NCBI GenBank assembly: GCA_951406725.2
Contig: OX597832.1
Location: forward strand, 44,950,001-45,014,000
DNA length: 64,000 nt
Direction: 5' to 3'
Source of the DNA: Octopus vulgaris
Lineage: Eukaryota
Numbering within the stretch: the first letter of the stretch is position 1; every line of letters starts with the position of its first letter. This document shows, piece after piece, positions 51,554 through 64,000 of this stretch. Made by a program: the position numbers and the translations under genes. The notes under the pieces are model-generated. The model was given only the letters and a program-made list of their open reading frames with translations, was not told where the DNA came from and ran no database searches.

Positions 51554-51719
51554 ACCACTTCTTTGATTCGAATACTGATTCTTTGATGCCTTCCATATAT
51601 TTGAAGCTTGTACTTCCAAAATGGTCGAAAATGCTGAAGAAGAAAAAGGATCTTAAGGCAGGATCTCCCCTTGTGTTGATTATTGCCAGTTCAGCCATTC
51701 GTTCTGTTGAACTGATAAG
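51554..51719 (+). CDS. CMSS1: CMSS1 coding exon 4
   Basis: Long polypyrimidine tract + cag; DHFFDSNTDSLMPSIYLKLVLPKWSKMLKKKKDLKAGSPLVLIIASSAIRSVELIR, matching the family motifs PKW and LIIxSSAxR; donor gtattg. Confidence 0.93.
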
Positions 51720-52300
51720 GTATTGTTAACCTTCCAACTCTGATTATTCAATTCAGTTGTTCTCAACCAGGGATCATGTGGCACTTGAGGATCCCTATAA
51801 GATTTTATTAATTGAGGATCAGTGTATGATTTTATTAAAATTTAAAGTGCAACAAATTAATTATATTTGTACAATTCATAAAATGTACTATTCCTAATAA
51901 TATTCAGTAAAATATAGTAACATTTTTTTTTTATATACAATTCCTAAAACTTTTGGGGTTAGGAAGGGCATCCAGATGTAGAAACTTTGCCAGATCAGAT
52001 TGGAGCTTGGTGCAGCCTCCTGGCTTGCCAGTCCTCGGTCAAACCGTCAAACCTATGCCAGCATGGAAAGTGGGTGTTAAACGATGATGATGATGATATA
52101 AAAATACAGTAAGATTTTTTTTTTAAAGAATAAAATAGGAATCAAAGGTTCCATAGGCAAAAATATTGCTGAGAATCACTTTTCATGGCTAACTCTAGTG
52201 ACAAAGTACGGTTGCATGCTAAAGAAGCAGGCTCAAAGGGTATATTGAATAATGAAGGATAATAACTATGTGGCCTGGAATCATGTATGGACACCTTTAA

Positions 52301-52705
52301 CCCTTTCGTTACCAACCCGGCTTAAACTGCCCCTGGCCCTGTAGTACAAATGTCTAGTTTTTGTAAGTTTTGAATTAAAATTTTCCTCCAAACCTTAGTC
52401 ACAATTTACGTTCCTAACACTAACTGAATGATAACTAAGCTATTTTACTAAATTCTTTGTTATAAGGCTGCACCAGGCCCAGTCTGATCTGGCAATGTTT
52501 CTACGGCGTTAGGAAGGGCATCCAGCCGTAGAAACATTGCCAGATCAGACTGGGCCTGGTGCAGCCTCCTGGCTTCCCAGACCCAAGTTGAACCGTCCAA
52601 CCCATGCTAGCATGGAAAGCGGATGCTAAACGATGATGATGATGATGAATTAAAGTAATTGAAAGAAACACAGAGCATCTCAAAATAAATACAGTAACAA
52701 AAGGG
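52301..52705. mobile_element. piggyBac-type MITE carrying a nested family B insertion
   Basis: TTAA|CCCTTT ... AAAGGG|TTAA. Confidence 0.75.
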
Positions 52706-52769
52706 TTAACAAATCACAGTTTCCTTCGACGAAATGGTCTAATTATGCATTGGAAGCTGATGAGGTTAA

Positions 52770-53010
52770 TGGTGAAGTTTAAGTATCTCAGGACTGTATT
52801 AAAAAATTATGGGAAGCAGGAGGCTGAATTGGATGCTAGAATTATAGGTGTTGCTACGGTAATGTTCCAGCTTCAATATTCAACCCTCAGAAGAGGAGAG
52901 GTTGGCAAAAAAAGCCAAAACTAGGTCTCTTCAAATTTATTTTCATGCCTATACTCACCTGTGGCTACTTGTGTTGAGTAATGACGGAAAAGCATGATTA
53001 CAAATGCTCT
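52770..53010 (+). mobile_element. Old RTE-like RT fragment
   Basis: AELDARI..A...; FMPILTCG..; VMTEK remnants. Confidence 0.5.
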
Positions 53011-56000
53011 TCTTTGGTTGTGCTGCTTTCGCAGATTCCCATGATTCTCTGTCACCATCCAATTCCGTTATCATGAATTTGAATCGGGAGCTTGAGTCAT
53101 AGCGAGTCTTTCATTAGCTGATTACAGAACCATGGTCACCACCTTTATGAATGAATTGTAGTTACTCTCTTGATAAAGCTTAGTGGTCCTAACCTTTGAC
53201 CTTCTAGGATTCCTCTGCTCAGCATCAATGTAAGAAGAACCATTGGCTCATTTGAACTCTTCTACGACCTCTTCACAATCTGCCATGCTGCGGTCCCATG
53301 ACTTAGCCGTATCCCTGGCAGGGTGGCTGAATGGGTGCAATACTATGCCAAAGGGCAACTCGTAACTGTGCAGGGACACAGATGTCACCCCCGCGAGGTA
53401 TTATCAAAATATGCTCTTACCCAATTTCAAATACAAACAGCCAATTATGGGTTCCTCTGAAGGATCTCTGGAAAAACGTTGCTTGACAGTGTGTGTAGTT
53501 CAGGGATCAGGGTGTCTCTCCAGGTTGGGTTGAGTTTCTACTTCTCTGCATTGAGAGGTCACCGCTCTGGTACTGCAGGCGTGGTTAAGTTTCATAGGAA
53601 AGAATCAAGACAGATTCTTCAAACCAAGTCAACCAGGAAAAGACTCAAGTAGACTACAAGCAAGAGGTTTGGTTAACATCCAGCAAGAAGGATGGTCATG
53701 CTGTGTAATACAGTTGGAAAGTTTGATAACTGTTGCTTCTGATAAGACCCTATGGAGGAGGTGCTTGAGGACTCTACTCTTAGGAGACCCTCAGAAATAA
53801 TGGGTGGTGAAAATGGATGGGTGGATAGATAGTTGTTTATAACAGTGAATGGCTGTAGAGGTTTGTTGGACTGGTGACTCTGTTGTCCTGCATTCAGTCA
53901 CTACTGCTTCAGTCATTGTGTTTTCTGTCTTTAGGCAAGGCACATAATTCTGTTTGTTCCAGTTTTTTTACCCCCCACATAAAAGAAGTTCCACTTATGC
54001 CTCACTGTTGAAAGTGGTAGGAAAAGCAAACCGTTGGCTTTGCCAGCCTAAAGAAAGTAGTCAGGTCTTGAGGAAGATGTCACTATCCATGGCCAAACCA
54101 GTGGCTGTAGTCATCATCATCATCATAATCGTTTAACGTCCGCTTTCCATGCTAGCATGGGTTGGACGATTTTGACTGAGGGTTGGCAAACCAGATGGCT
54201 GCACCGGGCTCCAGTCTTGATCTGGCAGAGTTTCTACAGCTGGATGCCCTTCCTAACGCCAACCACTCCGAGAGTACAGTGGGTGCTTTTTACGTGCCAC
54301 CAGCACGAGGGCCAGTCAGGCAGTACTAGCAACGACCATGCTCGAATTTTTACACATGGGCCAGTCAGGCAGTACTGGCAACGACCTTGCTCGAATTTTT
54401 TTGGCCAGACAGGCAGTACTGGCAACGACCTCTGAGAGTGTAGTGGGTGCTTTTTATGTGCCACCTGCACGGGGGGCCAGTCAGGAGGTACTGGCAATGA
54501 CCTCGCTCGAATCTTTTTACACATGCCACCAGCACAGGTGCCAGTAAGGTGGCGTTGGTGATGGCAACAAAGCGACATTGTCAGAGGTCACACATGTCTC
54601 CTCTCTATCTGTGCGAGAAATACACAGTATTCGTTTTATATGGTGGGAGTCACACATGGAATGCATGAAATTTTCCCATCAGGTTGGAGTGCTTAAAATC
54701 TAAAAACCAACTGGCAAGGGAGGTAATATCACTACGGTCAATTATCTGAATCTGTTAGAAAATACAGAAAATGCAGTGTGTGGGCAGATCTGGACTTTAA
54801 ATACAGCTGGTGAAAGCAATGGACATATTTCAGTCTATGACTCTCTTTGACTTGTTTCAGTCATTTGACTGCGGCCATGCTGGAGCACCGCCTTTAGTCG
54901 AACAAATCGACCCCGGGACTTATTCTTTGTAAGCCCAGTACTTATTCTATCGGTCTCTTTTGCCGAACCGCTAAGTGACGGGGAGATAAACACACCAGCA
55001 TCGGTTGTCAAGCAATGCTAGGGACGGACACACATATACATATATATACATATATACGACAGGCTTCTTTCAGTTTCCATCTACCAAATCCACTCACAAG
55101 GCATTGGTCGGCCCGGGGCTATAGCAGAAGACACTTGCCCAAGATGCCACGCAGTGGGACTGAACCCGGAACCATGTGGTTCGTAAGCAAGCTACTTACC
55201 ACACAGCCACTATGTACCTTCTGAGTTAAGCATAGTCTTCTCACTTGGCAAAACTGAGTATGATCTGTGTGTGAGTGTCTGTATATTTATGTGTGCGAGC
55301 TGGCAGAAACGTTAGCACGTCGGGTGAAATGTTTAGCGGTATTTCGTCTGCCGCTACGTTCTGAGTTCAAATACCGCCGAGGTCGACTTTGCCTTTCATC
55401 CTTTCGGGGTCGATAAATAAAGTACCAGTTTCGCACTGGGGTCGTTGTAATCGACTTAATCCCTTTGTCTGTCCTTGTTTGTCCCCTCTATGTTTAGCCC
55501 CTTGTGGGCAATAAAGAAATATATGTGTGCATGTATTCCCCTTAGGTTGTGAATGGGAGAACTGGTCGCAATGGCTTGAGTACCTAAAATATGTAGAACA
55601 ATTAGCAAAAACATGGTACAGGCTACCATGTTATTCTTAATTCTAAGAGACAGCTGTTCGTGTATAGAAATAGCGGTAATGTAACGATGCTGATTAAGTC
55701 TTGTGGAATTCTTCCTTTATCTCAAATTCTTGAAATTACTTGATACAACCACGTTATGTGGAGACCAGAACAAGCCTTGGAAATCTCTTTTTCACTTGTG
55801 GTTTTGTAGGTCGTGTGTGTGGGGGCATGGCTATGTGGTAAGACGTTTGCGTCCCAAACATGGTTTCAGGTTCAATACCAGAGTGTGGTACTTTGGGCTG
55901 GAGTTTTTTTACTAGAGCCTTTAACAATGATGTGGATGGTGATGATATATACAACGGGCTTCTTTATATATGTATATATATATATATCAGTGTGTGTCCC

Positions 56001-56546
56001 TCATTACTGCCTGGCAGCCACTGTTGGTGTGTATATGTCCTTGTAACTTAGCAGTTCAACATAAGCGACTGATAAAATAAGTACCAGGCTTAAAACAAAA
56101 AGAATTAGTACTGTTATCATTTCATTTGACTTTAAATTCTTACCAACGTCGCTTCACTGGCACCTGTGTCGGTGGCACATGTAAAAAGATTCGAGTGAGG
56201 TCATTGCCAGTACTGCCTGACTGGCCCCCGTGCCGGTGGCACGTAAAAAGCACCCACTACACTCTCGGAGTGGTTGGCATTAGGAAGGGCATCCAGCTGT
56301 AGAAACTCTGCCAGATCAAGACTGGAGCCTGGTGCAGCCATCTGGTTTGCCAGCCCTCAGTCAAAATCGTCCAACCCATGTTAGCATGGAAAAGGACATT
56401 AAACGATGATGAAGATGAAGGCAGTGCTCCAGCATGGCTACTGTCTGAAACAAGTAAAAGGTAAAAAAATATCTATGATCTTTTCTAATTTCTTTGTTGA
56501 CCATTCATTTAATTTTTCTTGACCGGTTTCTTTCCATTTCTTCCAG

Positions 56547-56610
56547 GGAAGTTGCTCCGTTCAAAGGCGAGGGCACTAAAACTGCTAAGTTATTCGCTAA
56601 ACATTTCAAG
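56547..56610 (+). CDS. CMSS1: CMSS1 coding exon 5
   Basis: Acceptor ttcttccag; EVAPFKGEGTKTAKLFAKHFK contains the CMS1 hallmark KLFAKH; donor gttagt. Confidence 0.95.
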
Positions 56611-56721
56611 GTTAGTCTTTTTAAATTTATTTCTATAGCTGTTCAATATAGCCTGCTGTTATTAACTGTTATATCAATCATTGCTTTTGCATTTGGAAAA
56701 GGTATACTAAGTATACAATAT

Positions 56722-57014
56722 CACGTGATCACGTGACCGACCAGACCATCAGATGTTGTTACACATCGCTGGTCACAATGCGTTTGCATTGTTTTAGCCT
56801 TCGAATGATGCCACCCCTCTGGCTTAGCGAGCAGGCCAACGGAAGAAAGAGTGGTGAAAGAGTACAGCAGGGATCACCACCCCCTGCCTGAGCCTCGTGG
56901 AGCTTTTAGGTGATTTTGCTCAATAAACACTCAAAACGCCCGGTCTGGGAATCGAAACCGCGAACCTACGACCGCGAGTCCGCTGCCCTAACCACTGGGC
57001 CATTGCGCCTCCAC
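56722..57014 (-). mobile_element. Family D SINE with a different 3' module
   Basis: Head nearly identical to 9830-9983; tail unrelated. Confidence 0.8.
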
Positions 57015-58479
57015 AGTATACAGTATACAGAGCTTAAAGACCATATGTAGTCTTGTGTATATTTAGGAGAAGACTAAAAGATAATTTGTCAATAATGATG
57101 GAAATATTTTAATATGAATGAGTACAGAACTCATCATCATCATCATCATCGTTTAGCGTCTGCTTTCCATGCTAGCATGGGTTGGATGGTTCGACTGGGG
57201 TCAGTCTGGGAAGTCAGGAGGCTGTACCAGGCTCCAGTCTGATCTGGCAGTGTTTCTACAGCTGGATGCCTTTCTTAAAGCCAACCACTCAATGAGTGTA
57301 GTGGGTGCTTTTTACGTGCCACCGGCACAAGGGCCAGGGGAGGCTGCCAAACAGTCACGATTGGTTGGTGCTTTTTATGTGTCACCGACACGGACACCAG
57401 TCAGGCGGCACTGGCATCTGCCATGTTCGGACAGTGCTTTTCTTTTAACGTGTCACCGGCACAGGTGTCTTAACTACTATTTCCATTCAATTTTCATTTG
57501 ATGTTGGTGTTAACGTACTTGACTCAATAGGTCTCTTCAAGAACTGAGGGTCACTCTACGATCCAAGGTTAGCACAGCAGAACTGAAAATTAAAATCTTT
57601 GCTTCCAACTTGTAATGATTTTTTTAATACCAACCCTCCTGTTGGTTCTATGATATAAATATCCAGTTTTGACCCTTTATCATTCAGATTATTCTGTCAA
57701 ATGCAATGCTTATTTATTCACATTGCTTTCAATTGATCATGGATTATCTTGTAACTTTGAGATTTCAACGATGTAATTGTTAATCTTTACAGTGACGTTG
57801 TAGGGTAGGTGTGAGAATCCAGATCTGGTGGGTTTCAATATTAAACAGATAGAATATTTGGACCAGTTTGGTTCAGTTTGAAATGCTAACGGAATAAAGT
57901 GATTTAAATCAAAACCTTCCATTAAAATTTCCTGTTAATTTGATTCCGGGCATCAGTGTAAAAATGGCAAACTTTTATACTAAATTCTTTGTTATTTTAC
58001 AAATTCCTTGGCAACAAAAAGCTACATGGAGGATGCTTATTAACCTTTCAGGTGTGGTTGTGTGGTAAGAAGTCGGCTTCTCAACCACATGGTTCCAGGT
58101 TCACCCCCACTGCATGGCACCTTGGGCAAGTGTCTCCCTCTATAGTCTCGGGCTGATCAAAGCTCTGTGAGTGGATTTGGTAGACGGAAACTGAAAGAAG
58201 CCTGCCATATATATATATATATATATATTTTACTCTTTTGCTTGTTTCAGTCATTTGACTGTGGTCATGCTGGAGCACCACCTTGAGTCAAGCAAATCGA
58301 CCCCAGGACTTATTCTTTTAAGCCTAGTACTTATTTTATTGGCCTCTTTTGCCGAACAGCTAAGTTACGGGGACGTTTTTGCCGAACCGCTAAGTTACGG
58401 GGACGTAAACACACCAGCATCAGCTGTCAAGTGGTGTTGGTGGTGACAAACACAGACACACAAACATATACACACACAC

Positions 58480-58510
<31 letters not shown>

Positions 58511-58981
58511 CAACAGGCTTCTTTCAGTTTCCTCCTACCAAATCCACTCACAAGGCTTTGGTCGGCCCAGAGCTACAGTAGAAGACGCTTGCCTAAGGTA
58601 CCATGCAGTGGGACTGAACCCAGAGCCATGTGATTGGGAAACCACCTTATTACCACACAGCCACTCCTGTGCCTATATATATATATGTGTGTGTGTGTGT
58701 ATATCAGGACGCCATGATAGATCGTTAGCTCCTACACGCATTTTTTTCTCTCCTTGTTTTTTTCTGTGTATCTTTCTGTCGAAGAGCGTAGGCTCAAAAT
58801 GTAAAAGACTTGTTCTATTTCTATTCCTGAGCGCTATACTAATACATTTGTTTGTTTGTACTCCACCTGCCTTCGTCTTTTGTTTATTTTCGTAAACCTT
58901 CCTGTTATATATATATATATATATATGTTCCTATTGTTTTTATCAGTTTTATAATTTATGCTGTATGTTATATATTTCCAG

Positions 58982-59069
58982 TTGAAAGAACAGACAGAAT
59001 TTTTATCAAAAACTGTGATCCATATTGGGGTGGGTACACCCAATCGCATCAATGCTCTTCTGACAAATG
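58982..59069 (+). CDS. CMSS1: CMSS1 coding exon 6
   Basis: Acceptor atttccag; LKEQTEFLSKTVIHIGVGTPNRINALLTNG contains the helicase-like GTPxR motif; donor gtgagt. Confidence 0.95.
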
Positions 59070-60652
59070 GTGAGTTGTATTGTTTAGTTTTGTTTTATTA
59101 TAAAATGTTGAAAATGACACCAAGCTATGCTGTTATTTTATTCCTTCGTTTGACTGCGGCCACGCTTGGATACAACCTTGAAGGGCTTTTTAGTCAGTCC
59201 AATTGTCCCCCAGTCCTTATTCTGTGGGTCCCCTTTTGCAGAACCACTAAATATTACAAACCTACACTGCTTGTGAAGCAGTGAGAAACACACACACACA
59301 GACACACAAATGTATATACACATACAACATGCTTCTTATTTCTTTATTGCCCACAATAAATTAAACTGGTATTTAATTTATCAACCCCGAAAGGATAAAA
59401 GGTAAAGTCGACCTCTGCGGAATTTGAACTCAGAACGTAACGGCAGACGAAATACCGCTAAGCATTTCGCCCAGCGTGCTAACGTTTCTGCCAGCTCACT
59501 TCTGATAGTTTCTATCAACCAAATTATCTTGCAAGGCATTGGTCAGCCTAGGGCTATAGTAGAAGACACTTGTCCATGGTGCCACACAAGTGAACTTCTT
59601 GACCACATGGCTAAATTTTTATTATTACTGTTGTTGAGGCAGTGGCAGTGACAAGCTGGCAGATTGGTAGCAGCCGGGCAAGACGCTTAACGGCATTTCA
59701 TTCATCTTTATGTTTTGAATTCAAATTTTGCTGTGGAGTCTTTGCCTTTTATCCTTTTGGGGGTCGATGTTGCTGACTTAACCCTTCCCCTAAAATTGCT
59801 AGCCTTGTGCCAGAATTTGAAGCCATTATTATTGTTTTTTTTTTTAGGGGTGGGCGTTAATTTTAATTTTTTAAGACCAGATGCTGAGCCATTCTTCATC
59901 ATCATTTAACGTCCGTTTTCCATGCTAGAATGGGTTGGACGGTTCAACGGGGGTCTGGGAAGCCAGGAGGCTGCACCAGGCTCCAGTCTGATCTTGTAAA
60001 ATGAAAATAATGTGTTGAATCCACTTCATTGGTTCATGCAGTTCAATCTGCTGCTGTTGGTATTGTTACTGGCCAGAGTCAGTGGGTCATACCTTACTTT
60101 GTACTGTGTGCTTATCTTTTCTTGGCTCAGTGTGTGGTACTTATCTACAGCTAGATGGACTTAGCTGCAGAAGAGTGAGAGACAAGCTCCCATCAAATCT
60201 AGGTCTCAGTTGTACACATTTCTTAGGAGGCAAAAAAAAAAAAAAAAAGAATGCCAGAACTCTGCTCACCCCAACTACTTCTATGTCAATTGTTCTAATT
60301 AGATGTAGCTCATTAGCAACTAGTTATTTGTATTGCAGTTATGTGGAGTAAAATATCGATTGCTCTGAAAATGTCAAAATACTAATTTTGGCATTTGATG
60401 TCCCCCCCAGCATTACTGTTATTTTATGAATCACTCTAGTGGGCAATGGCTGGTTGATGTACCTGGGTAGTAACATTGCTGAAGATGGGAACTCCAGACA
60501 GTGATGAGGAGAATAAACTCGACAAAGCTGCAGTTGAAGCCTGTATGGTCCCAGTTTCTCCAACTGAGGCACCAATTTCCACTTGCTTGCATTTATTGTC
60601 ATGCCGACTGTGATTTACACCTGTGAGATGGAAAGCACCAACAGAATCTTTA

Positions 60653-61222
60653 AAGGCGGCAAGCTGGCAGAATCGTTAGCACCCCAGGCAAAATGCTTTG
60701 TAGTATTTTGTCTGCCGCTGTGTTCTGAGTTCAAATTCCGCCAAGGTCGACTTTGCCTTTCATCCTTTCGGGGTCGATTAAATAAAGTACCAGTTACGCA
60801 CTGGGGTCGATATAATCGACTTAATCCGTTTGTCTGTCCTTGTTTGTCCCCTCTGTGTTTAGCCCCTTGTGGGTAGTAAAGAAACAAGTATTTCATCTGC
60901 CGCGACATTCTGAGTTCAAATTCCATCGAGGTCGACTTTGCCTTTCATCCTTTCGGGGTCGATTAAATAAGTACCAGTTATGCACTGGGGTCAATATAAT
61001 CGACTTAATCCATTTGTTTGTCCTTGTTTGTCCCCTCTGTGTTTAGCCCCTTGTGGGTAGTAAAGAAACAAGTATTTCATCTGCCGCGACTTTCTGAGTT
61101 CAAATTCTGCCGAGGTCGACTTTGCCTTCCATCCTTTCGGGGTCGATATAATCAACTTAATCCGTTTGTCAGTCCTTGTTTGTCCACTCTGTGTTTAGCC
61201 CCTTATGGGTAGTAAAGAAATA
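60653..61222 (+). mobile_element. SINE family C trimer
   Basis: Same head and unit structure as 10128-10715. Confidence 0.85.
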
Positions 61223-61502
61223 AGAATCTTCAGTGGCACCTTCTTAATCTGGCTGGCTGAGTGTCTCTTTTTGAAATGTAGTCATTTAGATAAACAACAG
61301 GCTTTCTCTGTGTGGTCTGTGCATCTACCAGATCTACTCACAAGGCTTTGGTTGGCCCAAGGCTATAGTAGATCACACCCAAGGTGCCACGCAGGGGGAC
61401 TGAACTCAGAACCATGTGATTAGGAAGCAAACTTCTCACTACACAGCCACACCTGAGTCAACGATGCCTAATAATTTTCTTTTTCCCTTTTTCTATTTTC
61501 AG

Positions 61503-61675
61503 GTGCATTGAAGTTAAAAACTGTCAATGCTGTTGTGATAGACTGGAATTGGAGAGATGTCAAATCTCACCGACTTGTCGACATTCCCGAAGTCTTTTCC
61601 GATCTGATGGTATTATTCAAGACATTTTTGAGCCAGCATCTCCAAGAAAACCAATGCAAAATTGGTCTGATGTAG
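61503..61675 (+). CDS. CMSS1: CMSS1 coding exon 7 (terminal)
   Basis: Acceptor ctattttcag; ALKLKTVNAVVIDWNWRDVKSHRLVDIPEVFSDLMVLFKTFLSQHLQENQCKIGLM* contains the DWNWRD and DIPE motifs. The seven exons sum to 804 nt in one frame. Confidence 0.95.
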
Positions 61676-61728
61676 CAGTAATCCAGAGGGATTTTGGGGT
61701 GGGGCCTTTTCTTTTTTTTTTTTTTATA

Positions 61729-61734
61729 AATAAA
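61729..61734 (+). promoter_or_regulatory. Candidate polyadenylation signal of CMSS1
   Basis: AATAAA 54 nt after the stop codon, with U/GU-rich sequence downstream. Confidence 0.55.
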
Positions 61735-63102
61735 ATATTTTTTATAAATTATTCTGTTGTGCCTATAGTAGAAAGGATCCTTTTAATGTCCCTTTTCCAT
61801 GCTTGCAAGAGATCAGTCTAAATTTCTATGGCCAGATGCCCCTGTCGCCAACCTTCACCTGTTTCCTAGCAACGTAATACTTCACCATGGGGTCGATTCA
61901 TTCAACTAAGGAAACTCTCCAAGGCTGTGCCCCACAAATATAATCTTAGATTACACTTTTGTTGTAATACACTGTTGATTACAGTTTCAATTAATTTCGA
62001 AAATAATTAAGAATTTTGTCATTACTAAGCTGGAGTTTCAAACATTTATTAGCATGTAATTTTGGAGGTAGGCTTTAATTAATTTAGATCACTTAAAAGC
62101 AGGAAGTTTCTGTGATAGAATCTAGAGTGGTCTCAGGGTTAATCTATAAAGCTGAAATGCGAAAAAGTTGATTGATTTCTTGGTTATTTGTCTCATTTCG
62201 GGATGGGAACAGTTTAAGGGGCAGTAGATGGGGTCAGATTGGCACCAAAATTTACAATGGGGTGAGCAATGGTGTGAGGAAGGTTGCAAGTAGCTCGGGG
62301 CTACTGTTTGGTTGCCATGGTGAGGAATATGGGAAAACTTGAGTTTTATCGGATAGACAGGTTGTGCTGTTTGAATAATGGTGGCTTGTCGTGTTGCTGC
62401 AGGGGCTAGAGGTGGTTATCTTTAATTGTGGGTGTAAAAATTTCAGGGATTTTGGAAAGTGGGGAAGATGAACAAAAGAAAGGGAAAAGGAGACAACATG
62501 CACAAAACACCACCACCAAAACCCAAGCGAAGCACGGGTCAAAATAGCTAGCACCATCCGATTGTGGCCGTTTGCCAGTCCCGTCTGGCCCCCGTGCCGG
62601 TGGCACGTAAAAAGCACCATCCGATTGTGGCCGTTTGCCAGCCTCGTCTGGCACCTGTGCAGGTGGCACATAAAAAGCACCCACTACACTCTCGGAGTGG
62701 TTGGCGTTAGGAAGGGCATCCAACTGTAGAAACACTGCCAGATCAGACTGGAGCCTGGTGCAGCCTTCTGGCTTCCCAGACCCTAGGTGAACTGTCCAAC
62801 CCATGCTAGCATGGAAAGCGGACGTTAAATGATGATGATGATGATTAAGCCTTTGAACAAGTTAACAGACACAATTTTGTTTGACTACATCCCTGGATGA
62901 TGCCAATGTGGAGCAGCCACATTATTTTATGTTTACGACTAGAAACAATGTCTTTGTCAATTAGTAAACCTTAAACATAAAACCAGTCACCACCTCTTTC
63001 TTTCAGGGCTTCTAGGGGTATAGACAAATAGAAAAAGCTCCTGGACTCAAAGGGTTAAAAGTATTCCTGTCATAATAATCCCATTGTTATTGTTATTATT
63101 AA

Positions 63103-63323
63103 CCCTTTGGCATTTAAACCGGCCATATCCGGCCAAAAGTATTCAGCTTGTTTTATGTTCAAACTGGCCAGATCTGGTCTCTCACACTAACCCTACAATA
63201 TCGTTTTAAAAATTAACAGCTACCTCCTCAAAATCTCATAGCTACAAGATAATGCATGATTAGTTCAAAACAATGTGGATAAAATGGGATTAATTTTGGC
63301 AGAATAATGTGAACACTAAAGGG
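63103..63323. mobile_element. piggyBac-type MITE (others near 25148-25752, 36720-36935, 38382-38585, 50600-50820)
   Basis: TTAA TSD with CCCTTT/AAAGGG termini; dispersed copies. Confidence 0.8.
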
Positions 63324-63851
63324 TTAATAAGGTGGCAAGCTGTCAGAATCATTACCATGCTGGACAAAATGCTTAGCACCATTTCTTGTCTTTGGGTTCT
63401 GAGCTCAAATTCCTCTGAGGTTGACTTTGTCTTTCATGAAGGTGATAACAAGTGACTGAGACCTTTGGCCAAGCCAAGTGAAATTGTAGTCATGACTGTT
63501 TCCAGTGTCACATAAATGGCACCTGTGAAATCATAGTCATGGCCATTCTTATGTCGTGCAAATGGCACATAAAAAGCACCCACTACACTCTCGGAGTGGT
63601 TGGCATTAGGAAGGGCATCAAGCTGCAGAAACCATACCAAATCAGACTGGAACTTGGTGCAGCCCTCTGGCTTACCTGGCACGCCAGGCAAAATGCTTAG
63701 TGGCATTTCGTCTGCCTTTACATTCTGAGTTCAAATTCTGCCAAGGTTGACTTTGCCTTTCATCCTTTCGGGATCAATAAAGTACCAGTTACATAATGTA
63801 TATGATATACAACTGGTAATTCCATCATGAAGAATAGCTTTCTCTCATTTA

Positions 63852-64000
63852 CCATAAAACCTTGAATATAGTCCGCACTTGAGTATAATACGCAGGGGAT
63901 TTCTAGGAGGCTGTACCTCTGAAAAACCTAAACCATGTGTATAATACGTACCCCTTCTCTAACTTGAGTCAAGGAGGTCTATATAACGTCCTTGGTTTGT
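63852..64000. mobile_element. Second copy of the 6260-6780 MITE family (runs off the window)
   Basis: About 120 bp closely similar to 6260-6378. Confidence 0.8.

Noticed and set aside
62250-62551. Helitron suggested by a hairpin + CTAG at 62521-62551
   Set aside because: No definable 5' TC end and not followed by T; insufficient support.

Overview
Repeat-dense eukaryotic DNA, most likely from an octopus or other coleoid cephalopod. That assignment is an inference from the tRNA-derived SINE families and the extreme microsatellite load. I can support one protein-coding gene: a 7-exon CMSS1/Cms1 orthologue on the + strand. It runs from the ATG at 31673 to the TAG ending at 61675, with an 804-nt CDS, 267 aa, and all introns GT-AG and phase-consistent. 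The rest is mostly mobile DNA and simple repeats: at least four tRNA-SINE families; RTE, CR1-like and R4/Dong-like LINE fragments; decayed mariner, Tc1 and hAT transposases; Helitrons; several MITE families; and long microsatellites. Nearly all ORFs in the supplied track are repeat artefacts. The most notable signals are (1) four type I hammerhead-ribozyme-like motifs in small Penelope/retrozyme-like insertions, (2) minisatellites made from the coding sequence of R4/Dong-like elements, (3) SINEs occurring as head-to-tail multimers, and (4) inverted repeats bracketing CMSS1 exons 3-4. All coordinates were read by eye, and repeat boundaries are approximate.
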